Below the pieces are notes generated by a model that worked only from the letters and a program-made list of their open reading frames with translations, had not been told where the DNA came from and did no database searches. Of a stretch of 64,000 nucleotides of DNA, positions 34,867 through 48,066 are shown piece by piece. Every line of letters begins with the position of its first letter. The first letter of the stretch is position 1. Source of the stretch: Nemertoderma westbladi (Eukaryota > Animalia > Xenacoelomorpha); contig JAUCBJ010004420.1 of assembly GCA_032718475.1 (NCBI GenBank), forward strand, positions 97,258 to 161,257. Reading direction: 5' to 3'. The translations under genes were made by a program, and so were the position numbers.

Positions 34867-36269
34867 TAGGGCGGTGCGTTTTTTACTTTTTTTCGATTTC
34901 ATTGTTCTACCGGTGCACAAAAGTTGCCAAATGGTAAAAAAATAAGGCAAAAAAAATTTCTTTAAATTTCATCTATATCTTCACGGATCCCAAAAGGGTT
35001 GAAATTTTGTGCCATCGCGATGCACTATAATGAAATGTATAACAATATAACACATTGATGAAAGATCAATGACTCAAAAAAGAACTTCCTGCATGCATCA
35101 AATGTCATCAAATGGGTCCAAACTTAGTTAGATACCAAAATTTTAACTTTTGGGTCAAGGGAACTAGTGCCACAGGCACATGGCCAGAACCTTCCATTTG
35201 GCGCAAGTGATGATTATTCTCAATTTTCGCGAAGGCCAACTTTGAGTTCTCCTACTGCATTCATATTATGCTCATTAGAACCGCAATGGCCGATTTAGTG
35301 GGGGTAGACACCTTCAAAACAAACGTAGAGCGACTAGTTCTTGAGATATCGCAGAAAATGTGAAGTACGGCACAAGTCTACATTACCGCCTTTATGTGAT
35401 ATGGACAAATACACAATAAATGATATTTTGAATTATCTCAAGGAATCAAAAAAATAGACACATCACAGAAATGATCGATATAGTGGGTGTCGACACCTTC
35501 AAAATAAGAGTAGAGTCATTAGTTCTTGAGTTATTTTACAAAATGTCAAGACTATGTCCACCAAATACTATTTGATATTGAGTTGACCCATTCCACACAT
35601 TTTGTACAAAAACTATAGTGAATTATGTACTACTCTTTAATTTTGAAGGTGTCTGTATACACTAAATCAATTTGTTGCAGTGATGTGTATATTTTTGATG
35701 CCTTAAGATAATTAGAAGTAACATTTTTGTGTATTTGTCTATCAAGGCGGTAATGTTGAGTTGTGCCGTACTTTACATTTTCTGCAATATCTCAAGATCT
35801 ATTCGCTCTATGGTTGTTTTGATGGTGTCTACCCACACTAAGTCGGTCATTGCGGTTCTAATGAGCATATTAATAATGCCGTAGAAGAACTAAAAGTTGT
35901 CCATCACCAAAATTGAGAATAATCATCACTTGCGCAAAAGAGTAGGTTCTGGTCATGTGCCTGTGGCACAACTTCCCTTGATCCAAAAATTAAAATTTTG
36001 GTATCTAACTAAGTTTGGACCCATTTGATGATATTTGATGCATGCAGGAAGTTCTTTTTTGAGTCATTAATCTTTCACCAGTGTGTTATATTGTTATAAA
36101 TTTCATTATGGTGCATCGCGATGGCACAAAATTTCAACCCTCTTGGGATCCGTGAAGACATAAACGAAATTTAAAGAAATTTTTTTTGCCTTATTTTTTT
36201 ACCATTTGGCAACTTTTGTGCACCGGTAGAACAATGAAATCGAAAAAAAGTAAAAAACGCACCGCCCTA
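34867..36269. mobile_element. Non-autonomous hAT (hATm-like) foldback element disrupting copy 2 pol
   Basis: TAGGGCGGTGCG...CGCACCGCCCTA termini; 8-bp TSD TTGTGTAT (34859-34866, 36270-36277); almost entirely an inverted repeat; no ORF. Confidence 0.92.
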
Positions 36270-39200
36270 TTGTGTATATCCCATAGAATCGCTCTTTGCA
36301 ATTCTATTGGGTGACTAGGGATTATCACTGGGAATCGAAACTGTGAGTTTATGTCGACAGTCTGGATTCTCGATCTATGACAAATTAAACCCTTATGGAT
36401 TAATGGACTCCATTTTCTAAGGGGTTTATAGAGAACTGGTCGTTGAGCCGATAATAGATGGAATTCTTTGGGGAAGGCACACATTTGATAGTGCTTCAAA
36501 TGCTTTAATTCCGCTTGATCAATCTCATCCTCTGTCAGAGGTTGTTTCAATTTCTGAATTCGCTCAATATTAGCGCTCAATGGTTCTCTCAAACGTTCCG
36601 AATGTTTTATACAAAGGTACAAAATGTATCGGCTTAACCACGCAGTTCTTTTACAAATTGTCAGCCAAGAGGCAGACGAATTTAGTAATTTGTCATAAAC
36701 ACTGCATGACTCTAATGCCAGCGACGGTTGTCCGCTAATTAATGGAAGTTTCGAATCCAAACCCGCAGGTTTGGAAACCAAAGGCTCCATTGTGTCGGTC
36801 ATTTTCTGTCCGTCACTTACCAACTGTGACTCTGGTTTAGTCTGTAAGGGTGGTTTTACGTCGTAACTTACCCTTCCGGACCTAGTAGTCACGTAAGTCT
36901 GTTGGTCTGACAGGTCTCCGGGCCGCTCCAATAACTCTTCAGGCCGCTCCAATGACTCTTCAGGCCGCTCCAATGACTTAAGTTTGGCTTTAGACTTCGA
37001 CTTAGAGACTTTCTCCACCTTGACTTCTGCATCTTCAGGCATCGGATTGGTCACTATTTTTAGTCGCTCTGGCCAATGTTCCTGTGTCCTCGTTAGAAAA
37101 TCAGGTCCATGCAACCAAAACTCATGAGACTCTTCCTGACAGAATTCCGCCGGCATTGCACCTCTCGAAGTTATGTCGGCCGGGTTCAACACTCCCGGAC
37201 AATGTCTCCATTGTTCCTTCGTCGAAAAATCAACGATCTGAGCGCGTCTATTGGCCACAAATGTCTTTAGTGCAATATTGTCGGCCGCAATGTATACTAA
37301 CACCAAGGATGCGTCCGTCCAATAGAATAAGGTCAATGTCGTATCTAACTCCTCAGTTATCTGCTTACTTACCTCGACTGAGACTACAGCCGCCTGTAAC
37401 TCTGCACGAGGGACAGTCATGTATTTGACCGGCATTGTCTTTGATCTAGAAGTCACAAAGGCCGTCTCGAACTTGTCCTGACTTACCTCTCGGCGAAGGT
37501 AGGCTACCATACCAAAGCCGGTGTCACTTGCGTCACTAAATAGGTGGAGTTCGAGATCAGCTGGAAATACCAGCTGATTCGGAAAGTAGGAACGGGGTAC
37601 ATCTATATTTTTCAATAGATGCAACTCGGCTTCCCACTCCCTCCACTGCTTTGCATGTATAGGAGATATTGGTTCGTCCCACTCTATGTCGGACAACCAA
37701 ATTTTCCTCATGCACGCTCGTGCCTGTAATATTACCGGACTGATAAAGTTCATCGGGTCAAATAGTCTACTTAAAGTCGATAAGCAAATCCTCTTAGTCA
37801 AAACTTTGTCTGGGCTACTGGGCTCAAACCTAACTCTTACCTGGAACTTATCCGTATTCGGATTCCAAGCGAGTCCCAGTACTCGCGCCATGGGGATTGG
37901 TTCTACCCCCAATTCTATGTCTCCGCTCCCGCGATCTTTTACCGGGAACGATTCTAATAGGGCCTCCGAGTTCGTAGTGAACTTGGTCAGAGGAAAACCC
38001 CCTGTAGCCAAGCACTCTTGTAGGCCGTGAGCCACTTCTATGGCTTGTTCCGCCGTGTCCTTGGACACCAATCCATCGTCCATATAGAAGTTTCTCAAGA
38101 TGGACTCGATCACCTCTACTGGGTACTTACCAATCTGGGCTGTTGCCGTTTTCTTTAGAACAAACAGCGTGCCGTTTGGACTATCGCAAGCGCCAAATAT
38201 CCTAACGTACATCTGGTATGTAACCACTGGGCCGGATAAGTCTTCATTCTCATACCAGAGAAAGCGAAGGCTATCCTGGTCTGCCTTACAGGCTCTTACC
38301 TGGTGGAACATCGCCTCGATGTCACAAGTAAATGCGAATCGCCGCTGTCTAAAACGCAACAGTATTCCTATCAAATAATTGTTCAGGTTGGGTCCATCCA
38401 TCAACTCTGAATTCAGGGACATACCTCTATAGACTGCTGCGCAGTCGTTGACTACTCGGACTTTGTCTGGCTTGTCAGGGTGAGTCACATAGTGGTGTGG
38501 AAGGTAATAAGTCTGGTCTGTCACCAAGTCAGGGTCCTCTACCTTCCCAGCAAATCCCTTGGCGAAATAGTTGTTGATCTGGGCGCAGTACTTCTCCCTA
38601 ATGTCCGGATTCTTCAACAACCGAGCCCTTACTCCGTTTAATCTTTTCAAGGCTAAGTTGTAGTTGTTCTCCAACTTAGGTGGTTGTCGACGCCACAACA
38701 TTCCAACTTCAAAATGTCCAGTCGGTAGTAGACGTATGGTATCTTCCATCATCTCCAGCGACCGCTTCTCATCAGTAGACATGGCTAGGTCATATCCACC
38801 GGGTTCCATTGCGTCCCTATCCAGCCATTCGACGGTTCTGGCTCCTGTCTCGAGGTCCTGGCGTATCAATTCCTTCTGTAATTCCTCCTCACTGTATTGA
38901 AAAATGTCTAGGTCTCGATATTTAGCCACTTGACCCTCCACTATGTCTGTATAAGTCAAAACGTTAGTCAGATAAGTAGCGTGGGCCGCTGAACCAGACC
39001 CATGGGTCTGATAACAGTAGTCCTCGGGTTCACTATCTGTCCGGTCGTTATGAAGTGGTTCCGACAACCTAACATTATCGGGAATCAACTCCTCGTCCGA
39101 CTCGCTAAAGTCACTATAGTGGTCAATACAGGTTCTCCTAAACTCGTCTATGTCTGGTGGTTCTACTAACGGTGGTTGAGTTATAGGCTGTAATTCGTCG

Positions 39201-42200
39201 TATCTGTCTATTGGCTTGTCGCCACCTGTAAACTCATAAGACATGGATACTCGTGTATACCAACCTAATATAGTCCTATGGGCATGTGGTCCATTTACAT
39301 GCGGCTCAGCTGGTCTCGTTTCCCATATCTGGTGTGCGATCAGCTGTTCTGCACCAATCAACATAGAAACATTCCTATAACCTACCTGATGTCTGGGTAT
39401 CCTGAGCTTGTCAAAATACTCCTGTGCTATGGGACTCATCGGCGGCACCTTACCTAACTGCCTGCCGAATCCCTTCATAGCTAGACACTTAAATCCGTCC
39501 AATGGCAAAGCTTTCCGTTCTTGTCGAGTGTGTTGGTCTCTCGGAAGTAGGGAATCTAGTTCTACCGAAATTCTGTGTCCCTTGAGGTCTCCTACTCCAT
39601 GCATAGACTTCAACTCTATTTGGATCTCCTCGGCGTCCTGGAAGCTAGAAACGGCTCTCGCCACTTCCTCGTCGATATACGATAATGTGGACGCAGTGTC
39701 CAACATCACATATATTCGCTTCGATCCCTTATCGCCAGTAAGTTTCACCGGAATCACGCTAAATATTTCCGACGTAGCCGATGATAAATACGTCCGCGCG
39801 CTGGTCGATGAACTATCCGCGGTGAAACCTTGGCAGGTCACTTCTCTCGCGCTCGACTCGCCATCCTCATCCGACGAACCTGGTTGATAACCATCGTCCT
39901 GGATGCCGGTATACGTATTTCTTCTTATCGATACGGGTTCTTTGCTCCCCTTCCTGTGAGGATTTCGCTGTAAGTAACGGTCCGTTGGGGTGTGGAAATC
40001 CGCATGTAGCAACTTGTGATGTAGTCTGCCGCATTCCATGCATCCGTCCTTGCTGTTCGGGCACTGCCGCCGTACATGACCTGGCGCAAGACAAGCCCAA
40101 CAGGTGTCCAACGTCCGCACTTGAACTCTTCTCTGTTCCGAATTTAATTCTTTGAACCGTCTGCAACTATCTAACTTATGGTCGTCAGATCTTACCTCCT
40201 TTAGTAAACAGTATTGGCAACCTACAAATCCATCCGGCAACTCCTGTTGCTTTAACCTAGGTCTATCTAACCGCTCACCTGACCATACTCGCGAGTCTGA
40301 TCTAAAGGCTGGGGTACTCGAATTATATCTGTCTACTGAGTTATAAGTCACAGTGGTCCTGTCATCGTCAAAACTTACCATAGACTTACCGGTAACAGGT
40401 TTAGACTCCCTCATATTCTCCTCTGAGAAGTTTGATTTCATCTCTGCTACTGCGTCTGTGGCTATCATGTCATGAATGTGCTGAAGTGTCAATACTTTAC
40501 CTTGGCCCTCCAACTTATTCTCTAATTTGCGCCATTTCTGTCTGTAACGCATGTTTAGACGTCTTATTACGCTCTTCAAAACTTCGGCGTGATCACCATG
40601 ATGAGGTAGATTCACTGTCCTCAAGATGTCCAATGCGTTCGAAATAGCGTTCGCTAAGTTCAACAGCTCTAACGGAGTTGTAATCCTTCCGCCCTTATCC
40701 AAGTCTTCTACTATCGACTGTGCCATCTTGGTTTTATTCCCGTAGATGTCGCTAAGCGTCTTCATTGCCAACTCAAATGCCCTTTCATTGCCAATGAAGT
40801 TGTCAGCAATGGCTCTAGGTTCTCGATGGAGCATCTGAAGCAAATAGTTGAACTTCTCGTTGGGAGTAAAGGTGCTGTTGGTTAGCTGCTCGTCGACATA
40901 GGTTTTGAAGGTCCTCCAATGCTTATGGTTACCCATAAACTTCTGGGGTTGTTGCGTCGGCAGTCCTTGCCTATCAGCAAACTTACCTATGTCCCTAAGG
41001 GTTGCGTCGTTCCGGGTTAACAAATGGTTTAGTTCCGCAGGGTTGTTAAGTCTGGTCCTTTCCCGGTGGTTCCAACTTACCTGCTCCGCGTCGGTCCTTC
41101 TTTCCTTATAGTTTCGGGACTTCTGACGTCTCATTTCTTCCTCTTCATCACTCGATTCTGTGTCAGTTCTTAGCGCTCGCGATGGTTTGCGCGCCGAGGC
41201 CCTGACCCAAGCCTCCTGAATAAATTTCTCGGCTGAGTTTTCGAAATTGGGATTATGAATATTCGGGACAGGCGTCCTTACCTGAGGTCTATGTCGTATA
41301 GTCTCCTCCGATATGCGTACTCGTTGACTAGGCTGGACTTTATCTAACTCAGGCCTGCTAGGATTAGAATTACTTCTTACCTGGGCTGCTTCCTTTAACC
41401 GTAGGTTACTAAGCATTTCCGTTATAGGTTGGATGTGCGGCGATATAGCTTGCGCTAAACTAGCACTTAACTCATCCCTCGTAATAAATTCTTGGCTAGG
41501 GTTCTGTTGTATAGTCGGCTCTATCTGAGTAATCCGCTGTCTCTCATATGATCCCTCTTCCGGTTTAACCCGGAAGTTCTCCGTCGAACTGGGTCGGCGC
41601 TCCGTCCGCGTATTCCAAACCCGCGGGTTCGGTTCGCCAAGTACTCGTCCCGTCGGAGTTTCTCTAAACTCTTCATTCTCTCGTTCGGTGTATAGTGGTG
41701 CGGTGTTCCGATGACGTAGATCCTGCGCGATAGGTGAAGCACTAATACCAACTGGCGTGCGATATGTAGAGAACGTTTTAGCGATCCGTGTACTCGTAAT
41801 AGCTGGACCGGGTATAGGAATTCTGGTCGTCGTCGACTCGCGTATAGCCGGAGTTCTCGCTTCCTGTTCGGCCTTCTGCAGTGCGAACAGTTCTCGCAAC
41901 TCTGTCTCTACACTCGCCCCACATTCTTCGATCATTCGCATCCCCTTCTCGGCGATTTCGTTCGCCTTCCTAGTCCGTTCTTCGCTCTCTAAAGTTAATC
42001 TCGCACTTTCCAACTGCGCCAGTTTACATTCTTCTTCTTCCCTCGCTCGTCTCGCTACGCTCTCTTCTTCCAGTCGCGCCTTTTCTTCATACAACATCTG
42101 TCGCTCCTTCTCGATCTCGAGTTCGCGTTCCTTGCGTTCGCGTTCAAGTTCGAGTTCGCGTTCTTTCTGTTCGCGTTCGAGTTGGAGTTCGCGTTTCTTC

Positions 42201-43411
42201 GCTTCCTGATCGCGTTCGAGTTGGAGTTCGCGTTCCTTCTGCTTGCGTTCCGCTCGCTCACGCTTACCTTTATCTTCCAGTTCGCGCAACTTCGCGTCTA
42301 ACTTACGTGTTCGCTCCCGTTCCCGCTCGGCTTCCTTCCGTGCTTCCGATGCACGCAAAACTTCCGCCTGTTGTTCGTCCAGTCGGCGTCTTCTCTCCTC
42401 CGCCGAGTTGTGCGAAACAAGGGATCTAGCACATATAACCTTACCTCGCGCGTGACTAACCTGGAAATCGCCACTGTCTCTAGATGCGTCGTCGAGTGGA
42501 GTCAACGTCCTCTGTTGGATGTTCTCCGTCGTCGGTAGCACCTGGCCTGGTACCACCACTCCATTCTGCATCAGCCAGCTAGTAACTTCCCTCTGATAAC
42601 GGCGCTCCTCTTTATCCTGGATCTCTTCTCGCTCCACTAAGTCTCTCAACTCTGCGTCACTTACTTGAGTCGCCTGCGCTTGTGATGCCCATAGCAGCCA
42701 GTTCTCCGTCCTAACTCGTCGGAATCGCTCCGATAACTCGCGGTGCTCCAACAAGGCTGCTAAAACCCTGTCGTAAATCCTCGTCGCTACGTCGCTCGAC
42801 TGAGACTCTACTGCCTTCTTCGCTAGGACTGCAAGCTCCTCTGTCTGCTTGAATAACGCTGAGTTATATCCTCTTCTAATCTCTACTAACTCTACCCTCC
42901 CGATGTTGGCTGAATCAGCTAACATCTTCCTTACCTTGTCCGTCGTCCGAGTTATATGTCCGGCATGCGCGCGAAGTTTCTTCTTTATCGCGATATCAAG
43001 TTCTCTCTCGCTTACCTGACTCACACTTGGTGGACTTGAAGGATTATTTCGGGAACTACGGGTACTCCTAACAGCCGTCGGGACCACGGCACTTACCATA
43101 CCCACAGGTCTGGAAACCGGGCTCCGGGCTCTCGCTTCTGCTACAATACCCTCCCTGTCACTCACCTCTGGTTGGGTTGCTGTACAATCCTTCCTTACAG
43201 TAGCGGTAGGGGATCCTAATACTATTACCTGAGGCTGCTGTTCTTCCTCACTAGTCACTGTCTCGTCCTCCTGTTCACTTACGTCAGCGTCGCTCGCTGC
43301 GTCGTCATAGTCGGCATTGTCGTCGACAGTAATATTTACGCTATCGTCAGTCGGCGGTCCAGCCGCCGTCTCATAGCTGTCCTCTAGTGCCTCTTTGTCT
43401 GAGACACTCAT
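36270..43411 (-). CDS. gag-PR-RT-RH part of the copy 2 polyprotein
   Basis: Near-identical to copy 1. The final residues of track ORF 36191-43411 are read-through into the hAT TIR. Confidence 0.95.
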
Positions 43412-44603
43412 AGTCTAAATAATGTTTGCCTTCCGGCAAAAATATCTCGCAAAGGTTCGAGATATAATTATAATTTAACCGAAATACGGTCAAATTATTT
43501 GTCAAATAATCAGTTGGTCCAAAATGTCAAATAAATTCGCAATGCAATATTGTGAATTTAACGGGGTATAGTTATAGCAAATACTAGCACAATATTTAAA
43601 CTAAATATTATTATATAGCTATTATAGCAATTAAATACCGGTATGGCACAAAATAACTTTGAATCTAATACAAAATATTCAAAATAAACTTGCCACCCGA
43701 ATATTTCTAATTTTATATATATAGCTCTAATCAACGTAATTTTAATTTCAAATATAATATGTATCCACTAGCGCGTGGCTACATCTTCGGGTTGCGACTC
43801 TCTCTAACTCTCTCTCTAACTTGAGCGATTCAAAAAACCATGGCCGGCTAAAACTAAATATCCTAACTAATAAATTGAGTTCAGCTTCGCAGTTAAACAA
43901 CCGATAATTTTTTACTGCTTCCACAAACACAATGGTGCCAACAGAACAACTAACCTTGTTTGCTGTGAGATTCCACGTCCGCGTCCAAAGATTCAGTCCC
44001 TTCGCTGATTGCAAACCGAACCCGCAGACCCACACGAACCCCAAACTCAGAAGTTCCGTCTTGCCATGTATCTCCAGATGGTATAAAATAACTAAGCGGT
44101 TACCTAACATACCGGTACAAAACTCTAGAATTTTACAAATAATTTTGACCGAAACTGAATTCTCGCAAACCTAGCTAAAATTTTCAAAACTTACTAATTA
44201 CAATTTGCCCTAAGGCCTAAGGAACTGCTGTATTCGCAATTAGCAAAAAACGCACTACCGTACATCCACTGTATGCAGTACAGTAAGTAAAACAGTACAC
44301 CAACCTAACAGCCTAATTGATACTGTGTGTGTGGTACGGCAAACAAATGTCCTTCTACCGTACGCAGTAACAGCAATCAGCCTAATGTACTACTGTACTA
44401 TTGTACGCGACCAGTGAATACAGTAATCTAAACTAACAGCCCAAAAGAATATACTTAATGTTCTACCGTACGCTAGCCTATAGCCTACAGCAGACGATCA
44501 CGTGCTCCAATTTATTACTCAATACTGTGATACAACTAACAGCCTAAGAATACTCTAACTGCCTTACTGTACGCAGTACAGCAAAGCAATGCACATACCT
44601 TAC

Positions 44604-45692
44604 TGTTAAACAACCGCGACACCTATACTAACAGCAGAACTGTTGAACAGACCAATACCCGTTAATATCCTTCTGCCAACCTAATGAGCTCTCGCCTAAC
44701 CAATAAGACACAAAGACTGCTCTACTGTTAAGTAAAGGGGATCAGGAGCGTGATATTACTAAATTGTAAAGGTTGCTAAATACAAAACCGCTACTTACCG
44801 TTAGATGGCGCTAATCTGCCGTCCGCTAATATATTTTACTAATTTTACACAGCTCCTGCAAAATCGCTTGTTCCTTTCTCTACCGATTGCTCGACAGAGA
44901 GCTAACTGTTCGAATCTATGAGCCACGCGGGAATAACCAAAACAATAAACCCGAGTCGGCTCCCTAAGCTTACTTAAGACGAGTGCGAGGGGCTTTGCTC
45001 TCAAAGTATTCTTACGCCTAATTTTACTACTGAAATACGCTAATGCTTACGTGCTTTCTAATCGCGAATACTGGGGGTTCCCTAACGGAACGTGCGAATG
45101 CGAGAATATTTAAAATATCGAAATTGGTACAGTACAATGTCTTTCGTAGGTGATACCGCTCTGGGTCTAAACTTGCCTGCAGCTGGCTTTAGGCCAGCAA
45201 CTTACTAGTGTCTTGCGTACTGACTATTGCGATCTAGTTTATTGCCCGCTAATGCAAATAACCGCCTAGCGTGAATAGTTTACGGTACTCTAATTTATTA
45301 CCTAGCTACTCTCCGCTATGCTGCGTACTAATTCTTAATTTTACTAATCAATTACAGTCACAAATATGTAACAGCGTACTAATTACTAAGAGTTCCAGAA
45401 TGCGTAATTCTAATTTATTACACAACAGGTTTCGCTAGTAATAGCCTAAATTGCCGTATTACTTTGACCTAATCAGTAATTATTTGTTGTAACTAAGAAA
45501 TAGAAATCAATCAAAGAGAAAAGGGGCGCCTACCTAAACATTCGTAATCATAGGCACACTTCAGTAACACACCAATCAGCGTCAGCAATCACAGATCACA
45601 AATAGCACGATTTGCAATTATACAATCTGCAATTATATAATTCGCAACATAATAATTCGCAATTGACTAATTCGCAATCTACTTACTTCGCA

Positions 45693-45791
<99 letters not shown>

Positions 45792-46842
45792 GTAAGGTAT
45801 GCAGGCCCCTCCCGGGTACATCTAGGCTTCCTAACTAACCCAATTCCTGCCCCCCTAATACTAAATAGAGACAAAACCTTGGATCATCAGCCCCCTAATT
45901 ACTGTACCGGCGAGCGGTCTCCAACCTACAGTCCAAATTGTTGGACCACAACGTTGACCCCCGCCAGCGTTGCCCGCCTTTGAATCCTCCGCTCTCCCTT
46001 AGTCGCTCAACCCCCCGATGTGCCCACCGCCTACTGGCACCTTAGCCCTCCATTATGCTAATAGCTACCGTAGCGGCGCATGCAAAATCACAAAGTCTGA
46101 CAGTCTCAGAAATCCCTTAGGATTATTGCGTAGAAAGGAATCACATAGAACCAGGTGTAATTAGCAGTAATCGATGGAATTAATTGAGAAACACAATCAA
46201 GAATAATCGCACTAGCAAATCATTTTGAGAAATTAATCGAAAATAGCAAATTACAGAAATACGCTAAAATATCTATTGGGACAGCTCAGCAAGTACAAGG
46301 GTGTGGATTGTGAGGTATAGAAAGAGACTAAAGATGATACAGCTCTACCGGCAAACCGCCAATTTATAGGTGATCCGGATGGGGTGATGCAATAGGGTGA
46401 CTCAATCGCTCTCCTATTGGCTCTCCAGTCCGCGCTAGCATTAGGCCAAGCTGGAAGCAGTTAGTCCAATAAGGAGGCCGGATTGTAGCCCTATGCCCTC
46501 AAGTTATTACCATATATGGTAATAGATCATGTCCCTGGCTGCTGAATGGCCAGGACAGCGTCCCTATGCTAGCCCTATTGAAACTAATATCAGCAAGCAC
46601 AAAATCCAGGGTCCGACTGAACTTGCTACCCTGGAACTATCTACATATATCCTAATACAAAATTACGTAGGTAGGGCTACATACTATACAAAATGGATGA
46701 ATTCAAAATATATGGGCGTTTTAACTTCCTTACCTAAATGTCACCGCACTGTGCCTTATCTAAATAATTATACTGCACAATAACAAACATATTATACTGT
46801 ATGATGGCTAATAATGTGGATACAGCGCCATATACCGTAACA
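44604..46842 (-). repeat. 5' LTR of BEL copy 2
   Basis: 28 bp longer than its 3' LTR, accounted for by 7 extra TTAC units. Confidence 0.96.
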
Positions 46843-46950
46843 CAGGTAGCTTGTCAGCTCATTGCTCAAGGTCTCTCCGCTATTCTTGGCGATGTGGCAA
46901 GCGGTTTTTGGTGCGATTTGGTTTTCCCTAACTGATCATTTATTTAACTT

Positions 46951-47460
46951 TGTGGGGCGAGCCACGAAGTTGGCGGAGCCTTAGCGAATTGACACTGTTA
47001 GGGGGTGGGTCAATTTATGCAAATAGTTGTCGTCGTCGTCGTTGTCGTCGTCGTCGTCGTCGTCGTTGTCGTCGTCGTTACGATTTTGACATGCTAATAA
47101 CTTTGTCGGATTTAAAGCTGCCAAGTTGAAAATTTGTAGGTATCAATATGAGCAAAAGTTGAGATTTTTGAGAGACTTTCAGACACCATCAGTGCAATGG
47201 TCTCCCGCTAGAGGGCCACATGTCTAAACATTAAATGCCCTCCCATTTCTTTGCTTTTAATCCGTTTAAGCTGAAACTTGGCAGATATGTATTAGACCAT
47301 TAGCTGTGACTTTCAAAGGAGGCGAATCCATCTGCAGTTCTCCAGTCTGCCGCTAGAGGGCCAACGTGACAACGAAAACTATTTGCATAAATTGACCCAC
47401 CCCCTAACAGTGTCAATTCGCTAAGGCTTCGCCAACTACGTGCTGCGCGAAGTCCCCACT
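46951..47460. mobile_element. MITE / Helentron-associated (HINE-like) element, copy B
   Basis: ~75-bp inverted repeats (46963-~47037 and ~47368-47442), internal (GTC)n, GTGGGG/CCCCAC ends, two CCGCTAGAGGGC motifs. Confidence 0.6.
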
Positions 47461-48066
47461 TCGTGTACAATGTAGAATAGATGTGGGTGCGGTGGTGGTT
47501 GTACAGTATTTAATCAAGTCATGTCCAATATACAGTTCTGATGATCATTGTTTAATCGTCCAATTAATTAATTAATTAATTAATTAATTAATGACCTACT
47601 TAACACCTAAGGTGCGAAGTAGGTCCAACTGTCGCAGAAAAGGGGTTCATCTTACTACTATTATATGCAAAATTTTCAAGCATATTCAAACAATCAAAAG
47701 CGTGAAACCGGTAGTCATACAGCAATTGGATGTCTTTAGTGGGATCGGAAACACTTGAGAGAGAACATTTTAAAATTTAAAATAAACTTAATCATTCCAA
47801 AGTGAATACTTATTAATTCAATTATTAATTAACCTAAATAGCCTCTTCTCTGAAAATGCCAACATCGTACAGTTTATTCCCAAATCCGATACTGTCTCAG
47901 CACAAAAGTTATTTTATCATCTGTTAGACTGTGCATTCTTACTTGGGGTTGAATTGTATTGCCAGTGCAGTGTCGGTGATGTATGGGGTTTGTAAATATG
48001 CGGACTGAGTGCTCTGGATCTATAGACATTGTATCATTGTTATTGTAGTAGTTTTATTGCAAATTG

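Larger units (their letters stand above)
28848..46842 (-). mobile_element. Full-length BEL/Pao LTR retrotransposon, copy 2
   Basis: LTRs 44604-46842 (5') and 28848-31058 (3'); TSD CAGGT (28843-28847, 46843-46847); empty site GATCCAGGTAGC seen near 54140 in unit C. Confidence 0.97.

Noticed and set aside
33700-34950. Integrase as a separate gene with its own start
   Set aside because: The N-terminal residues come from the hAT TIR; removing the insertion restores a single polyprotein as in copy 1.
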